Shown here: positions 36,676 through 46,559 of the stretch, one piece after another
Position numbering within the stretch: position 1 is the first letter of the stretch
How the letters are laid out: each line of letters begins with the position of its first letter
Assembly: GCA_023150345.1 (NCBI GenBank)
Contig: JAKLLB010000005.1
Coordinates: 28,570 to 92,569, forward strand
Origin: Aquabacterium sp.
GTDB taxonomy: Bacteria; Pseudomonadota; Gammaproteobacteria; Burkholderiales; Burkholderiaceae_C
Reading direction: 5' to 3'
DNA: 64,000 bases
Notes under the pieces: generated by a model
What the model was told of the DNA's origin: nothing
What the model saw: only the letters and a program-made list of their open reading frames with translations
The model's database searches: none
Made by a program: the position numbers and the translations under genes

Positions 36676-38772
36676 ATGAACGGCTTCGTACAGCACCTGC
36701 AGGAACTGATCGGCCCGCGCGCCGGCGTGGCGCGTGCCCTGATGGCACCGCTGTTCATCGTCATGGTGCTGGCGATGATGGTGCTGCCGCTGCCGGCCTT
36801 AGCGCTGGATGTGTTCTTCACCTTCAACATCGCGATGGCGCTGATGGTGATGCTGGTGGCCGCGCACATGATCCGGCCGCTGGACTTCGCGGCGTTTCCC
36901 ACCGTGCTGCTGGTGACCACGCTGCTGCGGCTGTCGCTGAACGTGGCCTCCACCCGCGTGGTGCTGATGGAAGGCCACACCGGCACCGGCGCCGCGGGCA
37001 AGGTCATCGAAAGCTTCGGTCACTTCCTGATCGGCGGCAACTTCGCCGTCGGCCTGATCGTGTTCGCGATCCTGGTGGTCATCAATTTCATCGTGGTGAC
37101 CAAGGGCGCCGAGCGCATTGCCGAGGTCGGCGCGCGCTTCACCCTGGATGCAATGCCCGGCAAGCAGATGGCCATCGACGCCGACCTCAACGCCGGGCTG
37201 ATCGACGAGAAGGAAGCCAAGCGCCGGCGCTCGGAGGTGGGCGAGGAAGCGGAGTTCTTCGGCTCGATGGACGGTGCCAGCAAGTTCGTGCGCGGCGACG
37301 CCATCGCCGGCATCCTGATCCTCGTCATCAACATCATCGGCGGCTTCATCATCGGTGTGGCCCAGCACGGGTTGTCGGCGGGCCAGGCCGCCGAGAGCTA
37401 CATCCTGCTGGCCGTGGGCGATGCGCTGGTGGCGCAGATCCCGGCGCTGCTGATCTCGGTGGCCGCGGCCATGGTGGTGTCGCGCGTGGGCAAGGAGTCC
37501 GACATCGGCGCACAGATCCGCGCCCAGATGTTCTCCAACCCCAAGGCGCTGGCCATCACCGCGGGCATCGTCGGGTCGCTGGGGCTCATTCCCGGCATGC
37601 CCAACCTGGTGTTCCTCGCCATCGCCGGCGGGGTCGGCTGGCTGGCCTGGTGGCTGGCGCAGCGTGAGCGCCGCGCCAAGGCCGCGCCGGAGCCCGCCGC
37701 CCAGGCGGCGCCTCAGGCCAGCACCGAAGCCAGCTGGGACGACCTGCAGCCGGTGGATACGCTGGGCCTCGAGGTCGGCTACCGGCTGATCGCGCTGGTC
37801 GACAAGAACCGCGCCGGCACAGCCGGCGACCTGCTCAGCCGCATCAAGGGCGTGCGCAAGAAGTTCGCGCAAGAGGTGGGCTTCCTGCCGCCGCCGGTGC
37901 ACATCCGGGACAACCTCGAACTGCGCCCCAGCGTCTACCGCGTGATGCTGCGCGGTGCCGTGGTCGGCGAGGGCGAGGCCTTCCCCGGCATGTTCCTGGC
38001 CATCAACCCGGGCGGCGCCACGGTCAAGCTGCCTGGCACCAGCACCACCGATCCGGCCTTTGGCCTGCCGGCGGTGTGGATCGAGGAGCGCCATCGCGAG
38101 ATGGCCCAAATGAATGGATTTACGGTGGTTGATTGCTCGACCGTCGTGGCGACCCATCTTTCACACTTGATGCAAGTGAACGCCGGCAAGTTGCTGGGTC
38201 GCGTGGAAACGCAACAGCTCGTCGAGCACGTCACCAAGCTCGCCCCCAAGCTCATCGAAGACGTGATTCCCAAGATGGTCGGCATCGCCACTGTGCAGAA
38301 GGTGCTCCAGCTGCTGCTGGAAGAGGGCGTGCACATCCGCGACATGCGTTCGATCGTCGAGTGCCTGGCCGAGCATGCGAGCACCGTCACCGACCCCGGC
38401 GAGCTGGCCCGACGCATCCGCATCCACCTGGCTCCTGTGATCGTGCAGCAGATCTACGGCCCCACGCGAGAGCTCGATGTCATCGCCCTGGAGCCCGAGC
38501 TCGAGCGACTGGTCACACAGGCGCTGACGTCGCCGCACGGCGCGGCGCTGGATCCCGGCGTCGCCGACACGCTCACCCGCCAGGCCGCAGACACCGCGCG
38601 CCGCGCCGAAGACCTGGGCAACCCGGCCTGCCTGCTGGTGCCCGACCTGATCCGTGCGCCGATGGCGCGCTTGCTCAAGCGTGCGGCCCCGCGCCTGAAG
38701 GTGCTGGGCCACAGCGAGATCCCCGAAACGCATTCGATCCGGATCGGCTCGATCATCGGAGGCGCCGCATGA
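36676..38772 (+). CDS. flhA: Flagellar export apparatus protein FlhA
   Basis: FHIPEP motif RFTLDAMPGKQMAIDADLNAG, FFGSMDGASKFVRGDA; start 36676 or 36640. Confidence 0.97.
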   Translation: MNGFVQHLQELIGPRAGVARALMAPLFIVMVLAMMVLPLPALALDVFFTFNIAMALMVMLVAAHMIRPLDFAAFPTVLLVTTLLRLSLNVASTRVVLMEGHTGTGAAGKVIESFGHFLIGGNFAVGLIVFAILVVINFIVVTKGAERIAEVGARFTLDAMPGKQMAIDADLNAGLIDEKEAKRRRSEVGEEAEFFGSMDGASKFVRGDAIAGILILVINIIGGFIIGVAQHGLSAGQAAESYILLAVGDALVAQIPALLISVAAAMVVSRVGKESDIGAQIRAQMFSNPKALAITAGIVGSLGLIPGMPNLVFLAIAGGVGWLAWWLAQRERRAKAAPEPAAQAAPQASTEASWDDLQPVDTLGLEVGYRLIALVDKNRAGTAGDLLSRIKGVRKKFAQEVGFLPPPVHIRDNLELRPSVYRVMLRGAVVGEGEAFPGMFLAINPGGATVKLPGTSTTDPAFGLPAVWIEERHREMAQMNGFTVVDCSTVVATHLSHLMQVNAGKLLGRVETQQLVEHVTKLAPKLIEDVIPKMVGIATVQKVLQLLLEEGVHIRDMRSIVECLAEHASTVTDPGELARRIRIHLAPVIVQQIYGPTRELDVIALEPELERLVTQALTSPHGAALDPGVADTLTRQAADTARRAEDLGNPACLLVPDLIRAPMARLLKRAAPRLKVLGHSEIPETHSIRIGSIIGGAA

Positions 38773-38818
38773 ACTTCCCCGCTCACATCCGCGGGCACCA
38801 CGCCCGGCAGGAGGCCGC

Positions 38819-40366
38819 ATGAACGTCAAGCGCTTTACCGCCAAGAATTCCCGCGATGCCCTGGCCCTGGTGCGCCAGGCGCTGGGCGACGATGCCGTGG
38901 TGCTGTCCACCCGGCCCGGCGCCGACGGCGTGGAGGTGCTGGCCATGGCCCCCGAAGGCATGCAGCAGATCGAGCAGGCAGCCGCGAGCGCGCAACTCGT
39001 TCGGGCGCCGCGCACCGAAGGCGCCGCACCGGCTGCGCGCAGCGCCCGGACCCCGGCGCCGGGCTTCCAGCAGCGGGCCGCTCGCGAGCGCCAGGAGCCG
39101 CAGATGGATGCGCCGCGGGGCGAGTCGCGCGCCGATGCGCCGGCTGATGCCAACGTCGAGCGCGACGTGCAGACGCTGGGCATGAGCACGCTCACCTTCC
39201 AGGACTACGTGCGCGAGCGCATGCTCAAGCGTCGCGAGCAGGAGCTGGGACGCGACGCCGAACCGGCGGCGCGCAACGCCGCGGCGCGCGACGACCGTGC
39301 CCCCGCGCTGCGCCGCGTGGAGCCGGAGTTTGCTGCGCCGGCACCCCGGCGCGAGGTACCTGTGCTGCGTGACGAACTGCGCGTGGCCGAGCCCGAACCC
39401 ATCCGCCTGGACCAGGCCGCGCAGCGCGAGCGCACCGAGATGCTGGGCGAGCTGCGCTCGATGAAGTCGCTGATCGAAGAGCGCTTCGGCATGCTGGCCT
39501 TCATGGAGAAGCTGCAGCGCAACCCGCGCCAGGCCGAACTGTCGCAGCGCCTGCTCGACAGCGGGCTGTCGCCGGCGCTGATCCGCAAGCTGGTGGCCAG
39601 CCTGCCGGCCGATGCGGCCGACGAGATGGCCTGGGCCGCCGGTGTGCTCGAGCGCAACCTGGTGACCGACGAGGGTGAGCCCGCGCTGGAAGACCAGGGG
39701 GGTGTCTATGCACTGATCGGTTCCACCGGCGTGGGCAAGACCACCTCTACCGCCAAGATCGCTGCCGCCTTTGCCACCCGGCACGGCGCGGCCAACCTGG
39801 GCCTGATCACGCTGGATGCCTACCGCGTGGCCGCACACGAGCAGCTGCGCACCTACGGTCGCATCCTGGGGGTGCCGGTGCATACCGCGCACGACCGGGC
39901 TTCGCTCGAAGACCTGCTGGAGCTGCTGTCGGCCAAGAAGATGGTGCTCATCGACACCGCCGGCATGGCCCAGCGCGACAGCCGCACCCGCGAGCTGCTC
40001 GAGATGCTGCAGCACCGCTCGATCCAGAAGCTGCTGGTGGTCAATGCCGCGGCCCAGGGCGAGACGGTGGAAGACGTGATGGTGGCGTACGGCGCCGCCG
40101 CCTGCCGGGGCGTGATCATCAGCAAGCTCGACGAGGCGGTGAAGCTCGGCCCGGCGCTGGACGCGGTGATCCGCCACAAGGCCAAGGTGGTGGGCGTGGC
40201 CAACGGCCAGCGCGTGCCCGAGGACTGGCATCGCCTGTCGGCGCAGGCGCTGGTGCAGCGCGCCTTGCGAGGCGGTGGCGGCTCATCCTGGCGGCTCGAT
40301 GCCACCGAGGTCAACCTGCTGTTCGCAGGCCGCCACGCCGTGACGATGGCGCCGGCGCACGCCTGA
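38819..40366 (+). CDS. flhF: Flagellar SRP-like GTPase FlhF
   Basis: MNVKRFTAKN start, GSTGVGKTT, DAYRVAA, DTAG, SKLDE, GQRVPED. Confidence 0.95.
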   Translation: MNVKRFTAKNSRDALALVRQALGDDAVVLSTRPGADGVEVLAMAPEGMQQIEQAAASAQLVRAPRTEGAAPAARSARTPAPGFQQRAARERQEPQMDAPRGESRADAPADANVERDVQTLGMSTLTFQDYVRERMLKRREQELGRDAEPAARNAAARDDRAPALRRVEPEFAAPAPRREVPVLRDELRVAEPEPIRLDQAAQRERTEMLGELRSMKSLIEERFGMLAFMEKLQRNPRQAELSQRLLDSGLSPALIRKLVASLPADAADEMAWAAGVLERNLVTDEGEPALEDQGGVYALIGSTGVGKTTSTAKIAAAFATRHGAANLGLITLDAYRVAAHEQLRTYGRILGVPVHTAHDRASLEDLLELLSAKKMVLIDTAGMAQRDSRTRELLEMLQHRSIQKLLVVNAAAQGETVEDVMVAYGAAACRGVIISKLDEAVKLGPALDAVIRHKAKVVGVANGQRVPEDWHRLSAQALVQRALRGGGGSSWRLDATEVNLLFAGRHAVTMAPAHA

Positions 40367-40425
40367 CGCTTCGGCATCTCACGCCACCCGAAACCCCCAT
40401 TCACTTGACGCTCCGATCCCACGCC

Positions 40426-41229
40426 ATGCGCGATCGCTCTGCATTCCCCGGCATCCCGCAGGACCAGGCCCACGGCCTGCGCCAGCTCTTCGCCGCTGCC
40501 CATCAACGGTTCGTGCCACTGGTGCACAACCCGCACGTGGCCTTTGGCGGCGTGGCGATGGAGCGGCTGTGCGCGGCCTTCGGCGAGCAGCGCCTGCACA
40601 CCCTGGTGGTCGATGCGGCCGACACGGCCTCGAGTGCGCATGAACTGGCCCAGGTCGACCTTTCGGCCTGCATCGAGCCGCTGTCGCCGCTGGTGTCCTA
40701 CCTGGCCGCGCGCGGGCTGCCGATGCGCCACCTCGATGCGCGCGGCACCACCGGCGGCTTCCTGGACGCGCTGGCAGAAGCGGCCCCGCGTGCCGACGTG
40801 GTGGTGGTGCATGCCGGCGCCAGCGACATCGCGCGCCTGTTCGCGCGCCGCATGCCGCGCCCGATCCTCCAGGCGGCCGACGCACCCGACAGCCTGACCC
40901 ATGCGTATGCGTCGATGAAGCTGCTGACTCAGCGGCTGGGCGTGATGAGCTACGACCTGCTGATCGCCGCGCCGGGCGGATCGCCCCGCCTGCCGCGCAT
41001 CGCCGAGCGCCTGGCCGACTGCGCCGACCGCTTCCTGGGTGCAGCGCTGCACGACTGGGCGCTCGCCGACCCCGCGGTCGACCCCGACCTGGCGCTGGCA
41101 CCCGACCTGCGTCGGCTGGCTGGCGACCAACTGCGCATAGGCGACGGATTCACCGGCCATGCGCACACCTGCCCCGCCCCGACACACCGGGCTGCAGCCG
41201 CTTGGGCGGCCACGGCCTGCGCGACATGA
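40426..41229 (+). CDS. flhG: FlhG/FleN-like protein with degenerate P-loop
   Basis: DQAHGLR N-terminal motif, SLTHAYASMKLL; between flhF and fliA; Walker A absent. Confidence 0.75.
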   Translation: MRDRSAFPGIPQDQAHGLRQLFAAAHQRFVPLVHNPHVAFGGVAMERLCAAFGEQRLHTLVVDAADTASSAHELAQVDLSACIEPLSPLVSYLAARGLPMRHLDARGTTGGFLDALAEAAPRADVVVVHAGASDIARLFARRMPRPILQAADAPDSLTHAYASMKLLTQRLGVMSYDLLIAAPGGSPRLPRIAERLADCADRFLGAALHDWALADPAVDPDLALAPDLRRLAGDQLRIGDGFTGHAHTCPAPTHRAAAAWAATACAT

Positions 41230-41249
41230 TCTGCCCCGGAGCCGCATCC

Positions 41250-41963
41250 ATGTACACCGCCAAAGGCCGCCTCGACGCCAACGCGATGCTCAAGCAGTAC
41301 AGCCCGCTGGTGCGGCGCCTGGCCCACCAGATGATCGCCAAGCTGCCGGCCAACGTCGAACTCGACGACCTGATCCAGGTGGGCATGATCGGCCTGTCCG
41401 ATGCGTTGTCGCGCTTCGACTCCGCCCAGGGTGTGCAATTCGAGACCTTCGCCACCCAGCGCATCCGCGGCGCCATGCTTGACGAGCTGCGCGGCAGCGA
41501 CTGGATGAGTCGCGGTGATCGGCGCCAGCAGCGCTCCATCGAGTCTGCGGTGCACAAGCTCGAACAGCGGCTGGGTCGTGCGCCCAGCGAGGGCGAGATC
41601 GCCAAGGAAATGGGCCTGACCCTTGCGGACTACCAGGAGCTGCTGCACAAAGTGCGCGGCACCCAGCTCGTCTATCTCGAGGACATGACCGGCGACGATG
41701 GCGACGACGACTATCTGGACCGACACGTGGCCGACGAGGGATCGAACCCGCTGGCCATGCTCAATGACCACCGCATGCGCGCCGCGCTGGTGGAGGCCAT
41801 CAAGAACCTGCCCGAGCGCGAACAGTACGTGATGAGCATGTACTACGAGCACGACATGAATCTCAAGGAGATCGCCGCCGTGCTCAAGGTGACCGAAAGC
41901 CGCGTGTGCCAGTTGCACAGCCAGAGCATCGCCCGCCTGCGCAGCCGCCTGCGGGAATGGTGA
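41250..41963 (+). CDS. fliA: RNA polymerase sigma factor FliA (sigma28)
   Basis: DDLIQVGMIGL, RIRGAMLDELR, LKEIAAVLKVTESRVCQLHSQ. Confidence 0.97.
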   Translation: MYTAKGRLDANAMLKQYSPLVRRLAHQMIAKLPANVELDDLIQVGMIGLSDALSRFDSAQGVQFETFATQRIRGAMLDELRGSDWMSRGDRRQQRSIESAVHKLEQRLGRAPSEGEIAKEMGLTLADYQELLHKVRGTQLVYLEDMTGDDGDDDYLDRHVADEGSNPLAMLNDHRMRAALVEAIKNLPEREQYVMSMYYEHDMNLKEIAAVLKVTESRVCQLHSQSIARLRSRLREW

Positions 41964-41984
41964 GCTCGCTGCGCTGACGCGCCG

Positions 41985-43967
41985 TCAGCCGATCGCCGGC
42001 ATCGGATGCGGCGCCTCGCCGTGGGGCGTCGGCTGCACAGGCTCGCTTGCTCCGGCCTCGCGCTGGCCGAGTGTGAACTCGAACACCGCACCCACGCCCG
42101 GCGTGCCGCGTGCGGTGATGGCGCCGCCATGACGCTGCACGATGCGCTGGACGATGGTCAGGCCGATGCCGGTGCCGTGGAACTCGGTGTCGCGGTGCAG
42201 GCGCTGAAACGGCTGGAACAAGCGTGCTGCCAGGGCAGGCTCGAAGCCGGCGCCGTTGTCTGCCACGCGAACCATCAGCTGCCCATCGGCGTTGTGCTGG
42301 CCGCTGATCGAGACGACGGGCTGCGGCACGTCGCGCGTGAACTTGGCCGCATTGCTCAGCAGGTTCTGCAGCACGATGCGCAGCTGTGGTGCCGACGCGT
42401 AGACGTTCAGGCCCGGCTGCACTTGCCACTGCACCGGCGCCTTGCGCATGCCGGCCTGCAGCCCCGCGATCAATTCGTGCGCCAGCGCGCTGAGGTCCAC
42501 GGCCTGGCGCTCGATCGTGGCCGTTGACGACCGGGCCAGCTCGAGCAGCGCTTCGAGGGTGGCCAGCATGTCCTGTGCCGCGTTCGACTGCAACGTGAGC
42601 ATCTGGGCCTCTTCGGGCTGCAGACGCGCGCCCAGCCGCTGGCGCAACAGCTCCGCCAGTCCCTGCACATGGCCGATCGGCGTGCGCAACTCATGGGCCA
42701 GTTGCCGGCCAAACGCGTCGAGGTCGCGGTTGGCCAGTTCCAGCTCGCGGGTGCGCGAAGCCACGGCCGATTGCAGTTCGCGGTTGTGCTGCACCAGCAT
42801 CTGCTCGTGCATCTTGCGCAGCGTGATGTCGCGGCCGACGCCGTGGTAGCCGATGAACTGGCCGCGCTCGTCGAAGCGCGGGGCGCCGGCCAGCGAGATC
42901 CAGATGGTGCGGCCGTCATCGCGCTGTACCGCAAACTCCAGCGCGCGGAAGGGTTGCAGCGAACGCAGCTCCTCCTGGTGCGATGCCCATTGCGTGGGGC
43001 TCAACGCATCGGCGAAGGCCTCCCAGCGCGTCCTTCCCGCGTTGCGAACGGCCATCTGGCCGAAGCGGCGCACCATTTCGGCATCCGGGGTGGGAATGCG
43101 GTGATGCTCGTCGGTGCTCCAGTACCAGTCGGCGGACAGGCCGGCCATCACCGCATAGCGTTGCTCGCTGGCCTGCAGTCGCCGATAGGCCTCCTTCGCG
43201 GCCGACACGTCACGGGCCACGCCCTCATAGCCGGCAAAGGTGCCGTCGCGGTGCACGCGTGGCCGGCCCGACAGGGCGATCCAGCCGTGCGGTCGCCCGC
43301 CCAGTCCGCGCACGGCGAGCTCGAGGTCGCGGAACGACTCCTGCCGCTCCAGCACGTCGTGGAAGGCATCCCACCCGATGGCCGGCGGATCGCAGAACCC
43401 CAGCTCGTCGTAGCGCCGTCCCAGCACATCGCCCAGCGCGCGGCCGGCCGGCTTGACGATGGGCGCATCGGCCGAGAGGTTGGACAACTTGAAGCGGGTG
43501 TCCATCTCCCAGTACCAGTCGCTGGACAATTCGGCCCGGGCACGCCAGCGGCGATCGGACTCGCTGATCACGCCTTCGACCTGGTTGGCCAGGTCTCCGA
43601 AAGCCGACGGCACGGCACGGGCCGGCTGGCGCAGTCCGGCGACCGCGGACTCCCACGCGCCGCGGCGAAGTTCGTTGGCGGTGGCCCGCAACGTGCGCGA
43701 CGCAAGCCGCCGCGCCCGCCATTGCGCCATGGCGAGCAGCGCCAGCAGACCCAGGCAGGCCGCCGCGGCGGCCAGCGCTTCGAGCAGCGGGCCACGAGGC
43801 ACCGATCCGCTGGTCGTGTTCCACAGCAGCGTGGCAAGCCGAAACGCCGCCCAAAGGCCCGCCGCGGCAGCCGCGACGCCGATCATCGCCAGGCCAGCCA
43901 CGCGCCCCCTGGGCGTGGGCGGGGGTGCGGCGAGGGCACCTGGGGCACCGGTCTCGCACCACGGCAA
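41985..43967 (-). CDS. Membrane-anchored PAS-PAS sensor histidine kinase (start uncertain, 43886-44174)
   Basis: Two TM segments, two SxDWYW PAS-like domains, AHELRTP, NLLSNAAKF, DNGAGF, GTGIGL. Confidence 0.88.
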   Translation of the reverse strand: MPWCETGAPGALAAPPPTPRGRVAGLAMIGVAAAAAGLWAAFRLATLLWNTTSGSVPRGPLLEALAAAAACLGLLALLAMAQWRARRLASRTLRATANELRRGAWESAVAGLRQPARAVPSAFGDLANQVEGVISESDRRWRARAELSSDWYWEMDTRFKLSNLSADAPIVKPAGRALGDVLGRRYDELGFCDPPAIGWDAFHDVLERQESFRDLELAVRGLGGRPHGWIALSGRPRVHRDGTFAGYEGVARDVSAAKEAYRRLQASEQRYAVMAGLSADWYWSTDEHHRIPTPDAEMVRRFGQMAVRNAGRTRWEAFADALSPTQWASHQEELRSLQPFRALEFAVQRDDGRTIWISLAGAPRFDERGQFIGYHGVGRDITLRKMHEQMLVQHNRELQSAVASRTRELELANRDLDAFGRQLAHELRTPIGHVQGLAELLRQRLGARLQPEEAQMLTLQSNAAQDMLATLEALLELARSSTATIERQAVDLSALAHELIAGLQAGMRKAPVQWQVQPGLNVYASAPQLRIVLQNLLSNAAKFTRDVPQPVVSISGQHNADGQLMVRVADNGAGFEPALAARLFQPFQRLHRDTEFHGTGIGLTIVQRIVQRHGGAITARGTPGVGAVFEFTLGQREAGASEPVQPTPHGEAPHPMPAIG

Positions 43968-44274
43968 GGTATCACCGACAGGCGGGCTACCCTGGCCCGC
44001 CGCCGAAACTCGCGACTTCAGTACTGCGATTCCCACGCGACGACCTCGGTGCGTGCCGGATCGGCGTGCAGCCGTCCGGCGTCTTGGAGTGAACTGCGCC
44101 CTCCACGCCCCCGCTGTGCGCTGGGTCGTCCCGTGGGTCAGCGGAGCAAGGGAATACCCGCCCGTTCCGTGCAAGGGTCGAGCGCAAGTGTGCCGTCGCT
44201 TCGCTGGCGCGGCAACTGGTAGTTGGCTGAGGAGTCGGCTGCGAGTTCAGCCCGGCGCCGCGTCGCGCTCGACG

Positions 44275-44679
44275 TCAGGCGCAGATGGAGCCGCCGCGCG
44301 GGATCGATTCGTGCAATCCGTGGCTGCCGTAAAGCGCGTGTCCGCGCGCCTGCTCGGGCATCAGCACGTCGATGGCGCGGTCCAGCGCGGCCGTGGCGCG
44401 CGACAGTGCATCCCTCTGAGAGGCCACCTGTGCGCTGGCGCGCGCCAGTCGCAGGCGCAGGGCCTGCGGGGCGCCGCCATGGCGAGCGGCGTGGGTGAAG
44501 CGCTCGACCGCGCACGCGAGGGCGCGGTGCAGTTCATTGGCCTGGCCTTCGACGGCGCGGGCGTCGCGTTCGCGCAACGCCTCGCCGAGATGCGCGAGCC
44601 GCATTTCAATGGCGGCCACTGCGGTCTCCAGTTCGTCGGTCTGGGCCAGGGCCTTGTGCTCGGCGGTGGTGGAGATCAT
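44275..44679 (-). CDS. flgN: FlgN-like chaperone (short helical protein downstream of flgM)
   Basis: Position after flgM, all-helical 134 aa, C-terminal LYG motif; sequence similarity weak. Confidence 0.5.
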   Translation of the reverse strand: MISTTAEHKALAQTDELETAVAAIEMRLAHLGEALRERDARAVEGQANELHRALACAVERFTHAARHGGAPQALRLRLARASAQVASQRDALSRATAALDRAIDVLMPEQARGHALYGSHGLHESIPRGGSICA

Positions 44680-44735
44680 GCGGCTCGACCCGATTGGGGG
44701 TTTGACAGGAGCTGTGTTGCGACGTTTTGCGCGCG

Positions 44736-45032
44736 TCAACCGCGGTCGCGCGGACTGAGCAGTTCGTGCGCGTTGGCAATCAGCTTGTCTGCGATGGCCT
44801 CGGCGTTGATCTCGAACTTGCCCTCGCGAATCGCATCGCTGATGCGCTGCACTTTCTCGGCATCGAACACCGGATCGACGCCATCGACACCGAGGCCGCC
44901 GCTGGACAGTTCGACCTGGGCGCTGGCTTCGGTCGTGGCTGGGCTCGCGGCCTTGGTATTGCCGGCAGGCTGCTTGCGCTCCGCCACGGCGGGGCTGACT
45001 GCAGCCTTGTTTTCGATTTGACCGATCTTCAT
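44736..45032 (-). CDS. flgM: Anti-sigma28 factor FlgM
   Basis: FDAEKVQRISDAIREGKFEINAEAIADKLI. Confidence 0.95.
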   Translation of the reverse strand: MKIGQIENKAAVSPAVAERKQPAGNTKAASPATTEASAQVELSSGGLGVDGVDPVFDAEKVQRISDAIREGKFEINAEAIADKLIANAHELLSPRDRG

Positions 45033-45084
45033 GATGTGCTCCAGCAGGGCGGGTCAACGGACATTGCCCTGAGTCATGCTCGGG

Positions 45085-45111
45085 GTATCGACCTGCCTGG
45101 GCGGGACTTTA
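45085..45111 (-). promoter_or_regulatory. sigma28 promoter for flgM
   Basis: TAAA-N15-GTCGATAC. Confidence 0.8.
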
Positions 45112-45203
45112 GGGCTTTCGCACATCTTTTTCACGCACCCCCGGAAACAGGGGGGGCCGCACTGTACCGAGGCGTCGGCGTCCGGCGCGCAGGAGCCGGG
45201 CGT

Positions 45204-45953
45204 TCACAGCGTCACCTCCACCCGTCGCTGGGCAGTGGGCATGCCATTGAGAATGCGACCGGAATCCGTGCGCACCCGAGCCGGCTGGCCCTCGACGCCA
45301 GGGCTCACGGCCAGGGCATCCACGCTGATGGCATAGCCGGCCCCGACGGCCACCACGCGCACCAGGTCGCCGGCCTGGAAGAACTGGCGCGCCCGCAGGT
45401 CGCTGCGGCGCAGCGCCTGCCCGGCCGGCAGCGGCCGCGCCAGCGCGCGGCCAATGGCGGAGGCGGCATTCGTGAAGGCGGGGTCCGCGCTGGCAGCCAG
45501 GTCCACCTCGGCCTGCATCAGGTGCGCGGCCTGCAGGACCGTGCCTTCGGGCAGCGCCTGCCGCGCCACCCAGGCCGGCGCGAACAACCGAACGGTGACC
45601 GGCATGTAGACGTTCCAGCGCACTGCCCCCTCGATGCAGCGCAGCCCGATGCGCGAACGCCCGAGCAGGCGAACGCCGGTGGGCAGGTAGGGCTCGATGC
45701 GCGTGCACGGCGCCAGGTTCAGGCGCGGATCGATCCGGCCCAGCTCCACCTCCACTCGGGCGCCGGGTACCGTGCTGCCGGTTGCGGAAGCCGATAGGCT
45801 GGCCATGTGCTGCAACTGCTGCGCAAGTTCCGGTGCCAGGTTTGCCTCTGCTGCAGTCGTGGTCGCCGCCGCCAGCGTCAAGCCGAAGAACGCAGCTGCG
45901 ATGCGTACCTGCCGCGATGAGCGGGTCATGTTGGGACGTGTCGGCGCAGCCAT
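45204..45953 (-). CDS. flgA: Flagellar P-ring chaperone FlgA
   Basis: Signal peptide, DPRLNLAPC, WNVYMPV, SAF domain, ARVRTDSGRIL; divergent from flgB; start 45953 or 45929. Confidence 0.9.
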   Translation of the reverse strand: MAAPTRPNMTRSSRQVRIAAAFFGLTLAAATTTAAEANLAPELAQQLQHMASLSASATGSTVPGARVEVELGRIDPRLNLAPCTRIEPYLPTGVRLLGRSRIGLRCIEGAVRWNVYMPVTVRLFAPAWVARQALPEGTVLQAAHLMQAEVDLAASADPAFTNAASAIGRALARPLPAGQALRRSDLRARQFFQAGDLVRVVAVGAGYAISVDALAVSPGVEGQPARVRTDSGRILNGMPTAQRRVEVTL

Positions 45954-45959
45954 GGCGGC

Positions 45960-46052
45960 ATGTTGACTGCGCATCGTGCTTGACGTAGCCCGGAATTGGC
46001 GGCTCAGTCTGCCGCTATTCCGGCTCATGTCGTCGCAGGGCCTGCCCACAAT
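45960..46052. promoter_or_regulatory. Divergent flgA/flgB class II promoters sharing an FlhDC-type inverted repeat
   Basis: CGGAATTGGCG-N11-CGCTATTCCG (45991-46022); GCTCATGT-N16-CACAAT toward flgB; GCTACG-N18-CAACAT toward flgA. Confidence 0.6.
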
Positions 46053-46113
46053 GGCCTCGCATCGAAACCCTCATCCTGGCCCTGCCCATCCACGCGCCCC
46101 GCGCCCACCAGCC

Positions 46114-46524
46114 ATGCAGCGACTGACGTCCACGCTCGAGTTCCATGCGCAGGCCCTGACCTTGCGGGCGGAGCGCCAGCGTCTGATCGCCAGCAACATC
46201 GCCAACGCGGACACGCCGGGGTATGTGGCGCGCGACATGGACTTCGCCCGTGCGCTGCGCGAAGCCAGTGGTAGCAGCGCGGTGGCTGGCGCCATGGCCA
46301 CGACCCATGCCTCGCACCTGGCTGACCCGGCTGGTGCGCGGTCAGCGGCCGAACTGACCTACGCGCACAACCCGCAGGACAGCCTGGACCAGAACACAGT
46401 CGACCTCGATCGCGAGCGCGCCAGCTTTGCCGAGAACGCGGTGAAGTACGAGGCGACGCTGCGCTTCATCAACGGGCACATGCGCACCCTGCAGGATGCC
46501 ATGCGCAGTCCGAACCAGGGCTGA
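46114..46524 (+). CDS. flgB: Flagellar proximal rod protein FlgB
   Basis: IASNIANADTPGYVARD, DQNTVDLDRE. Confidence 0.95.
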   Translation: MQRLTSTLEFHAQALTLRAERQRLIASNIANADTPGYVARDMDFARALREASGSSAVAGAMATTHASHLADPAGARSAAELTYAHNPQDSLDQNTVDLDRERASFAENAVKYEATLRFINGHMRTLQDAMRSPNQG

Positions 46525-46559
46525 TCGGCCCGACATCCACGCCAGCCGGAGGCCCCACG

